DNA of 63,844 bases, the filler included, from Octopus bimaculoides (taxonomy: Eukaryota), in the NCBI RefSeq assembly GCF_001194135.2. It is 6 parts of 6 records of this genome, joined end to end, with 100 filler letters (N's around TTAATTAATTAA, not from the genome) between each part and the next. Parts side by side here need not be neighbours in the genome. Positions count along the whole stretch, not along the records: positions 28,160 to 49,936 come from NC_068994.1; positions 50,037 to 61,166 come from NC_068986.1; 4 more parts are not named here. The stretch is one strand, 5' to 3'. Under the pieces are notes generated by a model. That model was not told the DNA's origin. It saw nothing but the letters and a program-made list of their open reading frames with translations, and searched no databases. The first letter of the stretch is position 1; each line of letters starts with the position of its first letter. The position numbers and the translations under genes were made by a program. Shown here in pieces: positions 39,521-52,111 of this stretch.

Positions 39521-41119
39521 TATTTAGTCCTATTTAAAGTCCTATTTAAGTTGCTTGTGGTGTGTAAAGATAACAAAAAGGTCAGCAATGTATGCCATCT
39601 CTATCAACAATCCTAACAAATACCATATTGTAATACAATCTGGAACAGTTGGTGCAATTTGCACAAGTCTACATTAGTATATCTGAGTGGTCCAGTCAGT
39701 ATCTGGATGAAAGAGGTACTGCAATCTTTACTGCTTAACATTAATTTCACTTGATCCAAGAGTATGTGTGATATACTATTCAAGTCACCCAGTAATATTG
39801 GGTAAAATGAGCAGAATGTACACAGAAAAACTGCCGAAGATCTTTGTCTGGCTTGTCCCAGTCAGTGTGTAGATGGAAATAACCTTGGAAACCCAACCAT
39901 GTAAAATGTGTATTATGAAATCCTAATAGTCTAAAATTTAAAGTAAATTTTTAAAAAATTAAGAAAAATAATATTTTGGTGTTTAGAATTGATATTGTAA
40001 AATATTGTTATCATCATGGAAACAACATTGGAAAGTAGTTATAAAAAAGACCAATGTTGATGAAAATCTGTTTACACACAGCAAGAGTAGACATTTATGA
40101 CAATTAGAAATATTCCAAGCATAAACACTTAAATGATACATCTAAATATCTTTAAAAAAATGTACTGCATTTTTATCAGCAGAAGTTATTACAGAGGGTC
40201 ATATTTGTCACTATGTTTTATATAATTAAATACATACTTTCAGAGTTGTACATGTCTATTAGATTTGATATCACACTGTGTTGGATTCAATTATATCAGT
40301 GAAGGGGGCATTTTAGCCAATTTTTTAAAAAATCTCCCACAAAACCCTTTGAATTCCCTTAGGGCATCTGACTGAAAAGCCATGCCAAAACAGACAGTGG
40401 AACTTGGTGCAGTCCTCTTGTCTTACCAGCTCCCATCAAGTCATCCAACCCATGCCATCATGGAAGATGGATGGTTAATGACAATGATGATGATAATGAT
40501 GATGTATTTCTTGAGGTCTGAAAATTTTCATCACATGACTGTGACATGGTTACTGACATTTTCCTGCATCTCAGTGTACCTCATTGAAATGAGATGCTGC
40601 CCAAATCACAGTAAAGAAACACAAGTTTTGACACATCAACAAAAAAATGAAAAATTAATTTTTAAATACTTGAGTTTTTTTAGATAGGGCAAATCTCACA
40701 CATTTTAAAGGAAGGGCCTAACCCACACATTTTGAAGGGAGGGCTCTTGTCAATGTAGCTGATGTAATTGATTGCTAATTATTTTATTGGCTTGGAAAGG
40801 ATGAATGCAAAGTGGAATTTCATGGGATTAAGAACTAAGTGTGTAAACTGATGCAAATCTCTTATTTATTTCAGAGTAACATGTACTTGAAATTTGATAT
40901 ATAAAATGTGAAACATAACTAAAAATATATAATTAAAACTTAGCAGTGAATCAGTAGATATCTTCCACTTTCATGGTTACCTCAACTTAGAGACTTTGTA
41001 ACCTTTCTTTTAGGTCTCAAAACAAAGAGAAAGCTATTTAATGAAGAGATATCTTTTTTAAAGTCACATATACATGGAAAATATTCTAGCCAACATGTTT
41101 ATTCTAGCAAACTCCATTA

Positions 41120-41650
41120 TGAGAAGCTGCAGAAACACAGCAAAAGACACGACCCCCTTACCCATGTTTTCTGGTTATTTTCCAACCTTATGTTCTTCTT
41201 TTCTACCTATTCTTTTATATTGCTCAAGAACCCCTTTTGTGGTCTTACTACACTTCTTTTATCAGGGGTTTGTATATGTACAACAATATTGATTAGAAGT
41301 AGAGTATCATTGTACTGGGTTACATGATCAAACCTTTTTACCTTTTCACAACGGACAGAAGACTTTTGGTTTGCAGTCTTTTTAACAGTTTTTCCTGACA
41401 CTCTTGCTATTTCCATGTTCTGAATACAGAATGCAAAGCATCTTATATGAAATTTCATTTCAAAAGCCACAATCCTATTTTCACTTTCAGCATTTAACAT
41501 CCACAATCCATATCTCACATATCTACCTGAAATCAGATGCATTCATCATCGTCCATCAAAGACTGAATGATAGCTTTCCTGTCCCATCACCACCAAGTCC
41601 ATTGCTTCCTTGTATCTCAGAACATGTGTCATTTTTCCATTGGCACACCA
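41120..41650 (-). mobile_element. RTE LINE 3' fragment
   Basis: YGLWMLNAESENRIVAFEMK, KRFDHVTQ and RSVVRPQKGFLSNIKE match the RTE ORF C-terminus. Confidence 0.8.
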
Positions 41651-42526
41651 ACTGAGTTACATTTCCTAACTATCTTTTAGCTCCCTCACTATTAGTTGTT
41701 TTCCATCACTATGTCTATTCTAAAGTGTATCAATTCTACTCTAATCTTTCCCTTTAAGGAAATCTGCTGCTGGTTATTGGCATTTTCCCCATTAATTCCC
41801 ATCTAAAAAACTTGCTAAAGTGGTCTCTGTAAGTTTCCAAATTCAGTAGCTCCAGATTGAGATCACTGCTTCACAGTCACCCACCCCAATATTCCAAAAT
41901 ATAAAAGGAATAAAAAGAAAGAAAACAAAAAATAACTGATTATAATGCTAAAGGTTATTTGCATAAATAATGTTTAAAATTATATTTTTTTGATTTGTAT
42001 AGTATTTGATTGGTATAGTAAACAACAGTTTACTATACCAATGAATCAGATGAATATAACCCTTAATACTTTATGACAAACGAACACTTTATCATTTTAC
42101 TCAAGGATAAAGGGAGAATATACTTTAAATTTCCTGAGAACCATGAAGAAGCATGGGAAGTACCACTTCCTCTGCTCTGAGAAAGCAAGTAACTGATTAA
42201 ATATTAAAACCATCCAAATAAGGAATCAGTCTTTATCCTTCACATCCTGCAAATAAATCAGAAATGGTGTGATTGGCTGCAAGTAGACTATGTTTTTGTA
42301 CTAAATGTACTATAACTACTCTATGTACTACATATACCAGATACTCTTTATAATATATGTATTATATATATACTATATGTAGTATATGTAAAGTGTCTAT
42401 ACTGTATGTACTAGCCCAACAAACGTTGGCTATGTCCAGGTCAATGTTTAAAATCTTACCAGTTTAAAATATTACCTATATGTACTATACTTTAAAGTCT
42501 TTGTACTATAAGTGCTGTATTAGTGC

Positions 42527-43520
42527 TCAGGGGGTGCTGAAAAGTTCCTGGCTTTAAGGGTATTGTGAAAGGGTAGAGTTGTTACCTTGATAAGGAAGGT
42601 AGGAAAATTATTTAGGGGAAGATATGCAAAAAATCATAATGGTATCTTTCTCTTTTCTGCAGATTTAATGCATGATGGCAACTCCTATAGTGGATTTTGG
42701 TAAGTTGAAGCATGAGCAGTCATGAGGTTCCTTTTTTTGCAAGGCAAAGAAGCTGTGGAAATCCATGGTGAGATGAAAGAAATCTTGATGGATAGCTGCC
42801 CATCTTACTCCATAGTGGGCGTCAAGATTTCGGACTGATCATTTTGAGGTCACAGATGAATCCTGGTCAGGACGGCCAACTTCCATGACCACAGAAGACA
42901 AAACTGATACTGTGCACATCATGGTTCTTGAGAACTGCTAAATTTCAGCTAAAGTCATAGCTGATATTTCTTGCGAAAGGGTTGGCCACATCATCCACAA
43001 CATTCTTGATATAAGAAAGCTTTCCACAAAATGAGTGCCGAAATACCTGAATGTAAATGAGAAGTGCAAAGGCGATTTTGGACTGGTTTGCAGTGGGAGA
43101 GGCTGATTTTATGGCTCATTTAGTCACCATGGGTGAAACTTGGTTTCATCATTATGAACCTCAGACCAAGCAGCAATCACAGTGGTTCACCACGCCCCAA
43201 GATGTTTCAGAAGGCAGCTAGTAAGATTCTGGCTTTAGTGTTCTGAGACAAAGATGGAGTATTCCTCATAAAATGCCTTCCAAAGCATCACACCTTCAAT
43301 GCAGAATATTACATGTCTTTATCGGATGAACTGCATGAAGCTTTGAAGTAGAAATACTGTAAAAAACTGAACCATGGTGTTTTGTTTTTGTAGGACAATG
43401 CACAGTACATGAAACTCTATGGAAAATACACAACTTTGGCTTTGAATTGGTAGACCACACACCTTACTCTCCTGACTTGGCCCCCTCCGGTTATTGCCTC
43501 TTTTCACAACTGAAGAAACA
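42527..43520 (+). mobile_element. Mariner transposon remnant carrying the same TIR as the MITEs at 14893-15364
   Basis: 5' agggggtgctgaaaagttcctgg; LVTMGETWFHHYEPQTKQQS, LFL*DNAQ and HTPYSPDLAPSGY motifs; 3' TIR not seen. Confidence 0.85.
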
Positions 43521-44249
43521 TGGGTAAATTGCAGTCATGGGTAAATTGCAGCCTTTCCTAATGAAAATTTACTTTAAATATTTTAGTAGTGCAACACATC
43601 TCTGATGATGATCTATGTCTCACATGGAATGCTTCTCAGAAAAGTTTATCCATGACTGATATTGTATAGAGATTTCAAGTCTCTATGCAATATAGAACAT
43701 ATGTACTATATGTACTACCCTATATGCATATACCATAAGTATTATATGTACTGCACTTTAGAGTGTATGTACAATATGTATTATATAAACTATATGTACT
43801 ATATTTACTATATAAACTACATGTACTATATATACTATATATGCTATACATACTACATGTACTATTCTTTAACATCTTTGTACTATATTTTAAAATTACT
43901 CTTGTCTCCTAAAACAAAATTGTCATGCATATCATATCTGGAAAGAATATAACCCTGACCTAAAAGCAATTTTGACTCTTGGTAGACTTGCTATTTTTAT
44001 GAAGATGCACACCTAAGAACTAATAAAATATCAGATGCTGAAATAGAAACCTTAAAAAGAATACATGATCAAAATGAAATGTGATAAATTACAAAGAATG
44101 AAAATAAAAACATTAAGACTAAAAATACTGAGGAAAGACAACAAAGATAAACAAAGATAAAAATACTGAGAGATGACAACAAAGATAAATACAATCAAAT
44201 GTCAGCTTTGTTAAAAAATATCAACAAACAAAAATCAAAACAGAACTAC

Positions 44250-44970
44250 AAACCTAAAAATAAGAACAGAAAGATCTAATGCCAGAAAAATCTGAAGTTG
44301 AAAAGTTTGAATATGAAAATAATCTAAAGTTGGCAATGGTTAAAGAACTGAAATTGATTGAAGATCTCCCTATTGTGCAACAAAACCCCTCTTAAGATAA
44401 AAGTTAATGATAAAATAACAATAATAATGACTGTGGTGATAGATTTAGTGAAAACAGTTGTGAACATCAATATCACCAGGATAAATCAAATAATCTATGA
44501 AGCATTAGCCTTAGTAGTTACAAAGGAAAGTGTATATTTCCTTGAAATTACCTATATAAGAACATATAAAGTGAAGTAAACTTCTTAAAAAATAAAACTG
44601 AGGCAAGCAACTTAAAAAGTAAACATATAATTAAAGATACAAAAATGAAAGATCTCTCAATCATTAATGAAATCAATATGAAAAGATACAAACAAAGAAA
44701 GAGGTAGAGAGATAGAGAGAAAAAGGGAGAAGGGCAATGAGGAAAGGAGAGGGAGAGAAATACAAAATGACAAACTGAATAAAAAAAAGCATTTGAAATC
44801 AAAACCATTTTTTAAAATCTGGACAACACGGAAAACAAAATAGAATTCAGTGTAACTACAAGATTGTGAAAAATAGAAGACATTTTGTGGTAGAACATGG
44901 AGAACAGATAGATTGAAATGAGAAAGTTGATAAAAGTAAGAAGAGCAATAGCAGAGTGGTTGTATGAAGA
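44250..44970 (+). mobile_element. Possible R4/Dong-like ORF N-terminal region, degenerate
   Basis: NITRINQIIYEALALVVT and IEDILW*NMEN..IAEWL resemble the pre-RT region of R4-clade ORFs; A-rich coding strand. Confidence 0.4.
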
Positions 44971-45049
44971 AATAACAATCCAATTCTATACTGTCATTGT
45001 CATCTTCACCACTGCTATCATGGTCATCATCGTCATCATTATTCCTCTA

Positions 45050-46075
45050 TTTGGTGGTCACTGAAGAAGTTAGGAGTAGATGAATGGCTTGTTAGAGCTA
45101 TACAAGCCATGTATAGTGGCACTGCCCATAGGGTGAGAGTAGACCATGAGTACAGTGATGAATTTAGTGTAGGAGTTTGCCAGGACACAATTCTCAGTCT
45201 CCTACCAGTCATTATAGTCTTCCAGGCCATAACAGAGGAATTTAAGACTGGTTGGCCATGGGAAATACCATATGCTGATGACCTTGCACTAATAGTGGAA
45301 TCTGTAGCAATTCCAGATATGGAAGCAAAACTTTGGTTCAAAGAGCCTCACATTTAACCTAGCAAAAACCAAAGTTGTAATTAGCAAGAAAGTTGATAAG
45401 TTTTCTTTCCATCAGGCAAATGATCCTGCTCATTATATAGGAATTGTATTCAATGCACTCAGAGTAAGCTATGGACACATAAGAGATGCAATGGAACCAC
45501 AGACAGGTTAACAGAGAAAATAGTCTTTATATGTGGCAGATGCACAGAAACAATAAACAAAAAGGACATGTGGGAATTAGATCTTCTCAAAGGCCCAGAA
45601 TGTTCCCGAGATGTTGTAAATAGTTTGTTACCTAGATAACTAAATTAGCAGTGGGAGAGGTGTTCTGAAAATATAGATGTTAGAATAGAAATGCAATGGA
45701 GAAAGTTCAGAGATTACTACCTCTGTTGATAACAAAAGGCCTCACTCTCAGATTGAAAGGTGGATTGTATGATTCTTGCATACAAACGGCTGTGTTCACG
45801 AGAGTGAGATGTGGGCCTAAATGTAGAGAACATGCAAGGAGTAGAGAGGAATGGAGCTAGTATGCTATGATGGATATGCAACATCAGTACGCATACACAA
45901 GAAAGTGCTAAGTGATCACTTAGAGTGCAGAGGGAGACCTGCAGCAGAGGGAGACCCAGGAGGACATGAGATGAAGTAGTGAGGGCCAATCTGAAAATGT
46001 TGAGCCTGACAGAATAGATGACAATGGATTGAGATGTCTGGTGGTATGATGTTGAGAAAACCTGCCCACCTCAGT
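45050..46075 (+). mobile_element. RTE LINE reverse transcriptase fragment
   Basis: WSLKKLGVDEWLVRAIQAMY and FQAITEEFKTGWPWEIPYADDLALI (YADD); frameshifted downstream. Confidence 0.9.
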
Positions 46076-47289
46076 TAAACTGAGTTCTGAAACTGCTGTA
46101 TATTGTGTGCTCTCTACCATGCATTGCATTAATCTCCCTCCTCTCTTTTTCACTAAACCAAACCATATCTCATCATGCACTATGCTCTCTCTCCTCCACC
46201 TAGCTCCCCAACACTACTTTGTCATATCCACCGCTCCTGTTCTCCCTCTGCCAACTATATCATTGCTATCTTGCCATTCCCCTATATACTTGTATTCACC
46301 ACTCACTGCATTCCCCTTCCCCTCCCCTCTATCTTCTACTCTCTTTTTAATACTCTCATAAACTCCTTGCTCACTTACCCTGTCCAATCCTCTGTACCAC
46401 TCTACTTACATTTATCTCCTGAACCTTAAGGTTACACCCCCACCCTACATACTACAGCCAACTACTAATGATTGTTAAGCTCTAGTTCAAAAAAAAATTT
46501 TAATGGAATGATCCAGTTTGGAATTCTTTTGAACATAAGTCTGATCAAAGTTGATATGGAGCTATACAACAACAAAAACATCAATGTGAATCCGTAATCT
46601 CAATAGAGAAGTTCCAAGTAGTTGTCTATTAATGTTATCTTCCTTCACTGACTTAGATTTAAATGTTAGCATCCACTGAGTAACTAAATGTTTACATTGC
46701 TGAGAACCTAAGTGTTTACATCACTGAGTAATTAAATGTTTAAATCACTGGGTAACCAGCCACAACAACATAAATATTTTTAGTCCCAAGAAATTATATC
46801 AGTCTTTGTTGCTGCTTAATCCCAAACCATTTCTGATCAAATATCCTGAAACTCATTCCAGTCATGACCATCCCATCTTTTTCTAAGTAATATTGTACCT
46901 GTGACCTCATTACTTAATATGGCCAGCTTTTCTAAGCCAATAGAGTTTGAGGGAGATGATTTGGCTGCTATTACTAGTAGGTTGAGCAACCATATAAAAG
47001 TACCTTTGTTGGAGAGTTGTTGTTTAGCCTTATGTCAGCATTGATTGAGAAGACCTGCGATCAAAAGCACTTCAGCTATGATCATCTCATCTATTTCTCT
47101 AAGTACAGTATATATCTAGGACAATATTATCCAATGTGCTCCACCTTTTTCTTTTGTATATCACTGGATGCAAGTAGAGGCATAGCTGTGTGGTATGAAG
47201 TTCACTTTCCAACACAGAGTTTGGGCAAGTGTCTTCTACTACAGTCCCAGGCTAACCAAAGACTTGTGAGTGGATTTGGTTAATGGAAA

Positions 47290-47660
47290 CTGAAAAAAGC
47301 CTACTCTTTACTTGTTTCAATAATTAGACTGTAATCATGCTGGGCAACTGCCTTGAAGAGTTTTTATTTAAGCCTGGTATTTATTCATCTTTTGCCAAAC
47401 TGTTAAGTCATGAGGAAGTAAGCACATCGACACTGGTTGTCAAGCAGTGGTGGGGGACAAACACAGACACAAAGATGCGCATTTGTATATACCTGCACAC
47501 AAATGTGCACACACACACACACACGCATATATGCATGTATATGGCAGGCTTCTTTCACAGGGTTTTGGTTGGCTCAAAGCTACAGTAGAAGACACTTACC
47601 CAAGGTGCCAAGCAGTAAAACTGAACCAAGGACCATGTGGTCCAGAAGCAAACTTTTGCT
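47290..47660 (-). mobile_element. Family B SINE (CpG-decayed)
   Basis: Reverse-strand match to the family B body and head. Confidence 0.8.
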
Positions 47661-47679
47661 TATTGTATGTATGTGTGTA

Positions 47680-47737
<58 letters not shown>

Positions 47738-48131
47738 CGTGCATCACTGTCACATTGTCTTGACACTGTGTGGTAGCTGTAAATAAGTGTCATTGTCATG
47801 CAAGCAGTGTCATTAATTTCCAATATCCTGAAAAAAACATGTCTGTCTATGAGAAAATATTATCTTACTTCAAAACACTTGAGGATTGGCAGCAGGAAGA
47901 ACATCTAATTGCTGAATATTTGCCTTATCAAATTCCATCTGACCTTTGTGAGCATGGAAAAGCAGATGTTCAAACGATGATGTTGATGATGCCAGGTGTA
48001 AGATTTCATTGGAATGTTCCATTAATATTCCTTGTTTTGAAATGTAGGAAGATATGCAACCACTGAAATTTTTTTGTTTCATATTTATTCAACTGCAGTC
48101 CTTATTAATAGCAAAATACAGACATACATGC

Positions 48132-48169
<38 letters not shown>

Positions 48170-48539
48170 NNNNNNNNNNNNNNNNNNNNNNNNNNNNNNN
48201 NNNNNNNNNNNNNNNNNNNNNNNNNNNNNNNNNNNNNNNNNNNNNNNNNNNNNNNNNNNNNNNNNNNNNNNNNNNNNNNNNNNNNNNNNNNNNNNNNNNN
48301 NNCATACATACATACATACATACATACATACATACATACATACATACATACATACATGGTGATTACTCCATCTTCACAGATGATTGTCATCTCTCTGAAA
48401 TTCTTTGTTGTCAGTGGCATTTCTGACCTTCTGCCTATGACCTCGCAGCCCTTTCACATACTACACATATCAAATCACTCAGTCTAGAAAGAAAAACATT
48501 GCATGCAATTGATCTTTCATGGGACTTCAGATTGTTGAT

Positions 48540-49560
48540 ATACCCAATGACGACAGCCCCTCTGAAGCCAGCACCTTAAGCTTTCAAGCTCAAGACGACC
48601 TTATTCAAAAAGTTTTCTCTTACATGCTTCCACCAGCTGGCTATTTCCCAAACCAAATCCTTCTAATTCTTTAGACTGATTTGCATTTCCTTCAGATTGC
48701 CTTTCATGCAGTCTTTGTACTATTTTGCAGTTTGTGCTGAGGACACTTTCTAGTGAACAGCCCACTGTAGAACAGCCCACTGTAGAACAGCCCACTGTAG
48801 AACAGCCCACTGTAGAACAGCTGCTTTAGAAGGCTATTATTTTCCATATGTACAATATGGCCTGCCCAATGCATCTGAGCAGACATGATGAGTGACTGAA
48901 TTCTTGTTCATCCTGTCTTTGCAAGGACTTCTGAGCAAGGTGTTTTACTTTGCTACTTGATGTTGAGTAAGTGTCTCTAACATTCAAGTAGCTTGAGTTG
49001 TCTATGGTGTACTGTCCATGTTTCAGATAAGCCATTTCTAGAGCTGTTAGTAAGTCTTGTTAATGCTCAGCTTGGTCCTGTTGGTGATGCCATGATTTAC
49101 TTACACTTTCTTTTCAAGCTTCTAAGTGCTACAGATGCTTTCTGAATTCATAGACATATTTCTGCATTTAAGGTGTCATCCCTTGACTACATGCTGCCAA
49201 GGTAAACAAAGTGTCCACTACACCCATTTTGTACCATATACTACAATATCTAGCGCATATATTATTTATCTGTTGCAGGTTGAACGTTACATTTATTTTT
49301 GCTTTAAGACTAAAATCCCTACATGAAACAACAAAATGATCCATAAAGTGTTATATATCATCAGCAGTGTGAGCCAGGAAGTTAACATCAACTGCATAAA
49401 GGAGTTACCTGATCGAAGTTTCAAACATTTCTGACTTAAAGTTGAGCCTTCTCAAATAAAAGACTCTTCCAGTAGTTCTGAACTGCAAGACAGCACCCTT
49501 ATCACAGTTGTTGAATGCATGTGTAAGCAGACCAGCAAAGAATATCTTCTCTGTATCATT
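48540..49560 (-). mobile_element. RTE (BovB-like) LINE fragment
   Basis: IFFAGLLTHAFNNCDKGAVLQFRTTGRVFYLRRL, IR*LLYAVD (YADD variant) and QMHWAGHIVHMENNSLLKQLFYS. Confidence 0.85.
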
Positions 49561-49607
49561 CCAATTTTAGTAAGTGTATTGCCAGAAATAGGGAAAGAGG
49601 GTGGCTT

Positions 49608-49936
49608 ATAAATGCCAAAACCTACCCTGGCGAAGAATGTACCCCACAACATAGATTAGTAGTTAGCGACTTTGGGATCAAGGCAAAATGGGTGCCCAGA
49701 ATTAGACAGGCTTGGAGGAGAAGGGTGTGGAAGCTTAAAGACCCTGCAAACGGACAGAGACTTAGAGACAAGTTACTTGAAGCATTTAACGAAATAGAAG
49801 GGGATATAGCATCATACAACGTGGAAGACAATTGGAGATTTCTGCGGGACAACCTGTTGAAAGCCACCGACCAGATTTGTGGGTGGTGTAAGGTCCCCTC
49901 CCGACCCAGAGTAACGTGGTGGTGGAACAAGGAGGT
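49608..49936 (+). mobile_element. Young RTE LINE fragment (endonuclease end plus linker), cut by gap
   Basis: Open frame INAKTYPGEECTPQHRLVVSDF...KATDQICGWCK..RVTWWWNKE; CpGs retained. Confidence 0.9.
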
Positions 49937-50102
49937 NNNNNNNNNNNNNNNNNNNNNNNNNNNNNNNNNNNNNNNNNNNNTTAATTAATTAANNNNNNNN
50001 NNNNNNNNNNNNNNNNNNNNNNNNNNNNNNNNNNNNTATATATTTATATACTTGTAATATATACATATAAATAAATAAAAATGCTAGTTCTAAAATCTCT
50101 CT

Positions 50103-50323
50103 GAGAGATCAACGCAGTAGCTGTACTAACAAGTAATATCTGTAACCCCTTTAACATGGCTGCCCGTTCGAGTGAAGTCTACTGCGATTTTTAAACCCCA
50201 AGAGAACATCACCTCTAGCTGGTCAACGATGCACAGTTGCATCAGATAAAATTGCGAGCAGGGTGCGAACCCCTACCATCTCCTAGCGACGGGACCAGTC
50301 GACCAGTCCTGCGTTGATCTCTC
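50103..50323. mobile_element. Unclassified 221-bp element bounded by perfect 15-bp inverted repeats
   Basis: gagagatcaacgcag (50103-50117) and ctgcgttgatctctc (50309-50323); B-box-like ggttcgcaccc on the minus strand. Confidence 0.55.
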
Positions 50324-51259
50324 TATTCAACTTCAAAAAAGGACGTAAAGCAGCTGAAACTGCTCGTGATATCAACGAAACGTTTGGTGAGGACATAACC
50401 AATGAGTGGTCAGCTCGGAAATGATTTCGCAGTGGAGATCTGAGCCTTGAAAATCATGAGCGTAGCGGACGCCCATCTGTCATAGATGACGGTCAAATAA
50501 AGACTGTCATTGAAAAAAAGATCCACGTAAAACCACTCGGGAACTGGGAAAAGAACTTCAAGTTAGCCAGAAAACTGCTTTCAAGCATTTGCATGCGATC
50601 GGTTTTAGCAAAAAAGCTCGACGAATGGGCACCACATGAGTTGAATGAAAATCAGAAAATGCGCAGATATGTAATTTGCTCGACGTTTCTTCTCCGTAAC
50701 CATACCGATGCATTTCTCGACCGTATTGTAACTTGCGATGAAAAGTGGATTCTGCACAATAATAAGAAACGTTCTTCGCAGTGGTTGGACCAAAATGAAG
50801 CACCGAAAACTTTCCCTAAACCCGAGCTCTTCAAAAAGAAGGCTAAGGTGACTGGTGGTGTACTGCTGGACTCCAATCATTCTTCATGACAATGCTCGAC
50901 TACACGTTTCACGAATGACGCTCCAGAAGTTGAGGGAACTTGGCTACGAAGTTCTTCCCTACCCAGCTTATTACCCAGACCTTTCTCATACCGACTACCA
51001 CTTTTTCAAGCATCTTGATGGTTTCCTGCGAGAGAAGGTATTCAAAAATCAAACCGATGCTGAAAGTGCGTTCAAAGGGTTCATCAGCTCCAGACCTCCA
51101 GATTTTTATGTTACCAGAATAAACACACCTGTAACTCGCAGGCAAAAATGTATTGATTGTAATGGTCCTTTCGTTGATGAATAAAATTTCCGCATTGTTA
51201 AAATAATATTGTAATGAATTTCATGTTTCAAAACTTTGCTTACTTTTTACTCAGCCTGA
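50324..51259 (+). mobile_element. Mariner (Hsmar1-like) D,D34D transposase pseudogene with 3' TIR
   Basis: FKKGRKAAETARDINETFG, WAPHEL, IVTCDEKW, HDNAR..34 aa..TDYHFF, YYPDL; 3' TIR ends ctcagcctga + TA; internal deletion and frameshifts. Confidence 0.95.
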
Positions 51260-51659
51260 TATTTCAAACATAACGTATTATATTGAGTGTACGGCTACGT
51301 TCTAGTTTAAAGTCTAGTTTGTCTTCCTTGTTCTTCATGGTCTGTGTTTGTCAAGAAATAATATATCCATTTTCTCCTAACTATAATATAATTTCAATGG
51401 AATAAAATTTCCTGGTTCCAACATTAAGTATATTAGCGCTCAGATCTCAGTTTACTGTCTTTATTTCACGCAGCAAGGGCTCGAATGCATATCTTCTTCA
51501 GTCATTCTGTTACATCATCTTTCTCTTTAATGTCCATTCACTAAAATTCTTCAGTGGCACTTCATTTTATCAATCTCCGAATGATGGAAAGCAAAGTTGG
51601 TCCCGAAGAGCGTCGAACTCGGAATATTGGTTACATTTTAACAAGAATGATTAAATATT

Positions 51660-52111
51660 TATTTATTCATTGCCCACAGGAGGTTAAATATAGAGAGGAC
51701 AAACAAAGATAGACAAAGGGATTATGTCGATTACATCGACCCCCCCCCCTCCAATGCGTAACTGGTACTTATTTAATCGACCCCTAAAGGATGAAATGCA
51801 AAGTCGACCTCAGCGGAATTTGAACTCAGAATATAACGCACCCGAAATACCGCTAAGTATTTCGCCCTGCGTGCAAACGTCTCTTACTTCATTACTGCCC
51901 ACAAGAGGCTACACACAGAGGGGACAAACAAGGACAGACAAACGGATTAAGTCGATTATATCGACTCCAGTGCGTAACTGGTACTTATTTAATCGACCCC
52001 GAAAGGATGAAAGGCAAAGTCGGCGGAATTTGAACTCAGAACGTAGCGGCAGACGAAATACCGCTAACCATTTCGCCCGGCGTGCTAACGTTTCTGCCAG
52101 CTCGCCGTCTT
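51660..52111 (-). mobile_element. Double family A SINE bounded by a 17-bp direct repeat
   Basis: aagaatgattaaatatt at 51643-51659 and 52112-52128; two bodies with the same variant tail lie between them. Confidence 0.85.

Noticed and set aside
46374-46420. Very strong minus-strand donor (CAGG|gtaagtgag)
   Set aside because: It lies in what looks like a decayed RTE 3' region and has a poor acceptor.
49400-49545. Apparent 47-codon minus-strand exon with a good donor (CAG|gtaact)
   Set aside because: The translation is RTE reverse transcriptase sequence directly before the YADD motif.
50593-51184. SETMAR or another domesticated transposase gene
   Set aside because: No SET domain, has an internal deletion and frameshifts, and retains a TIR.
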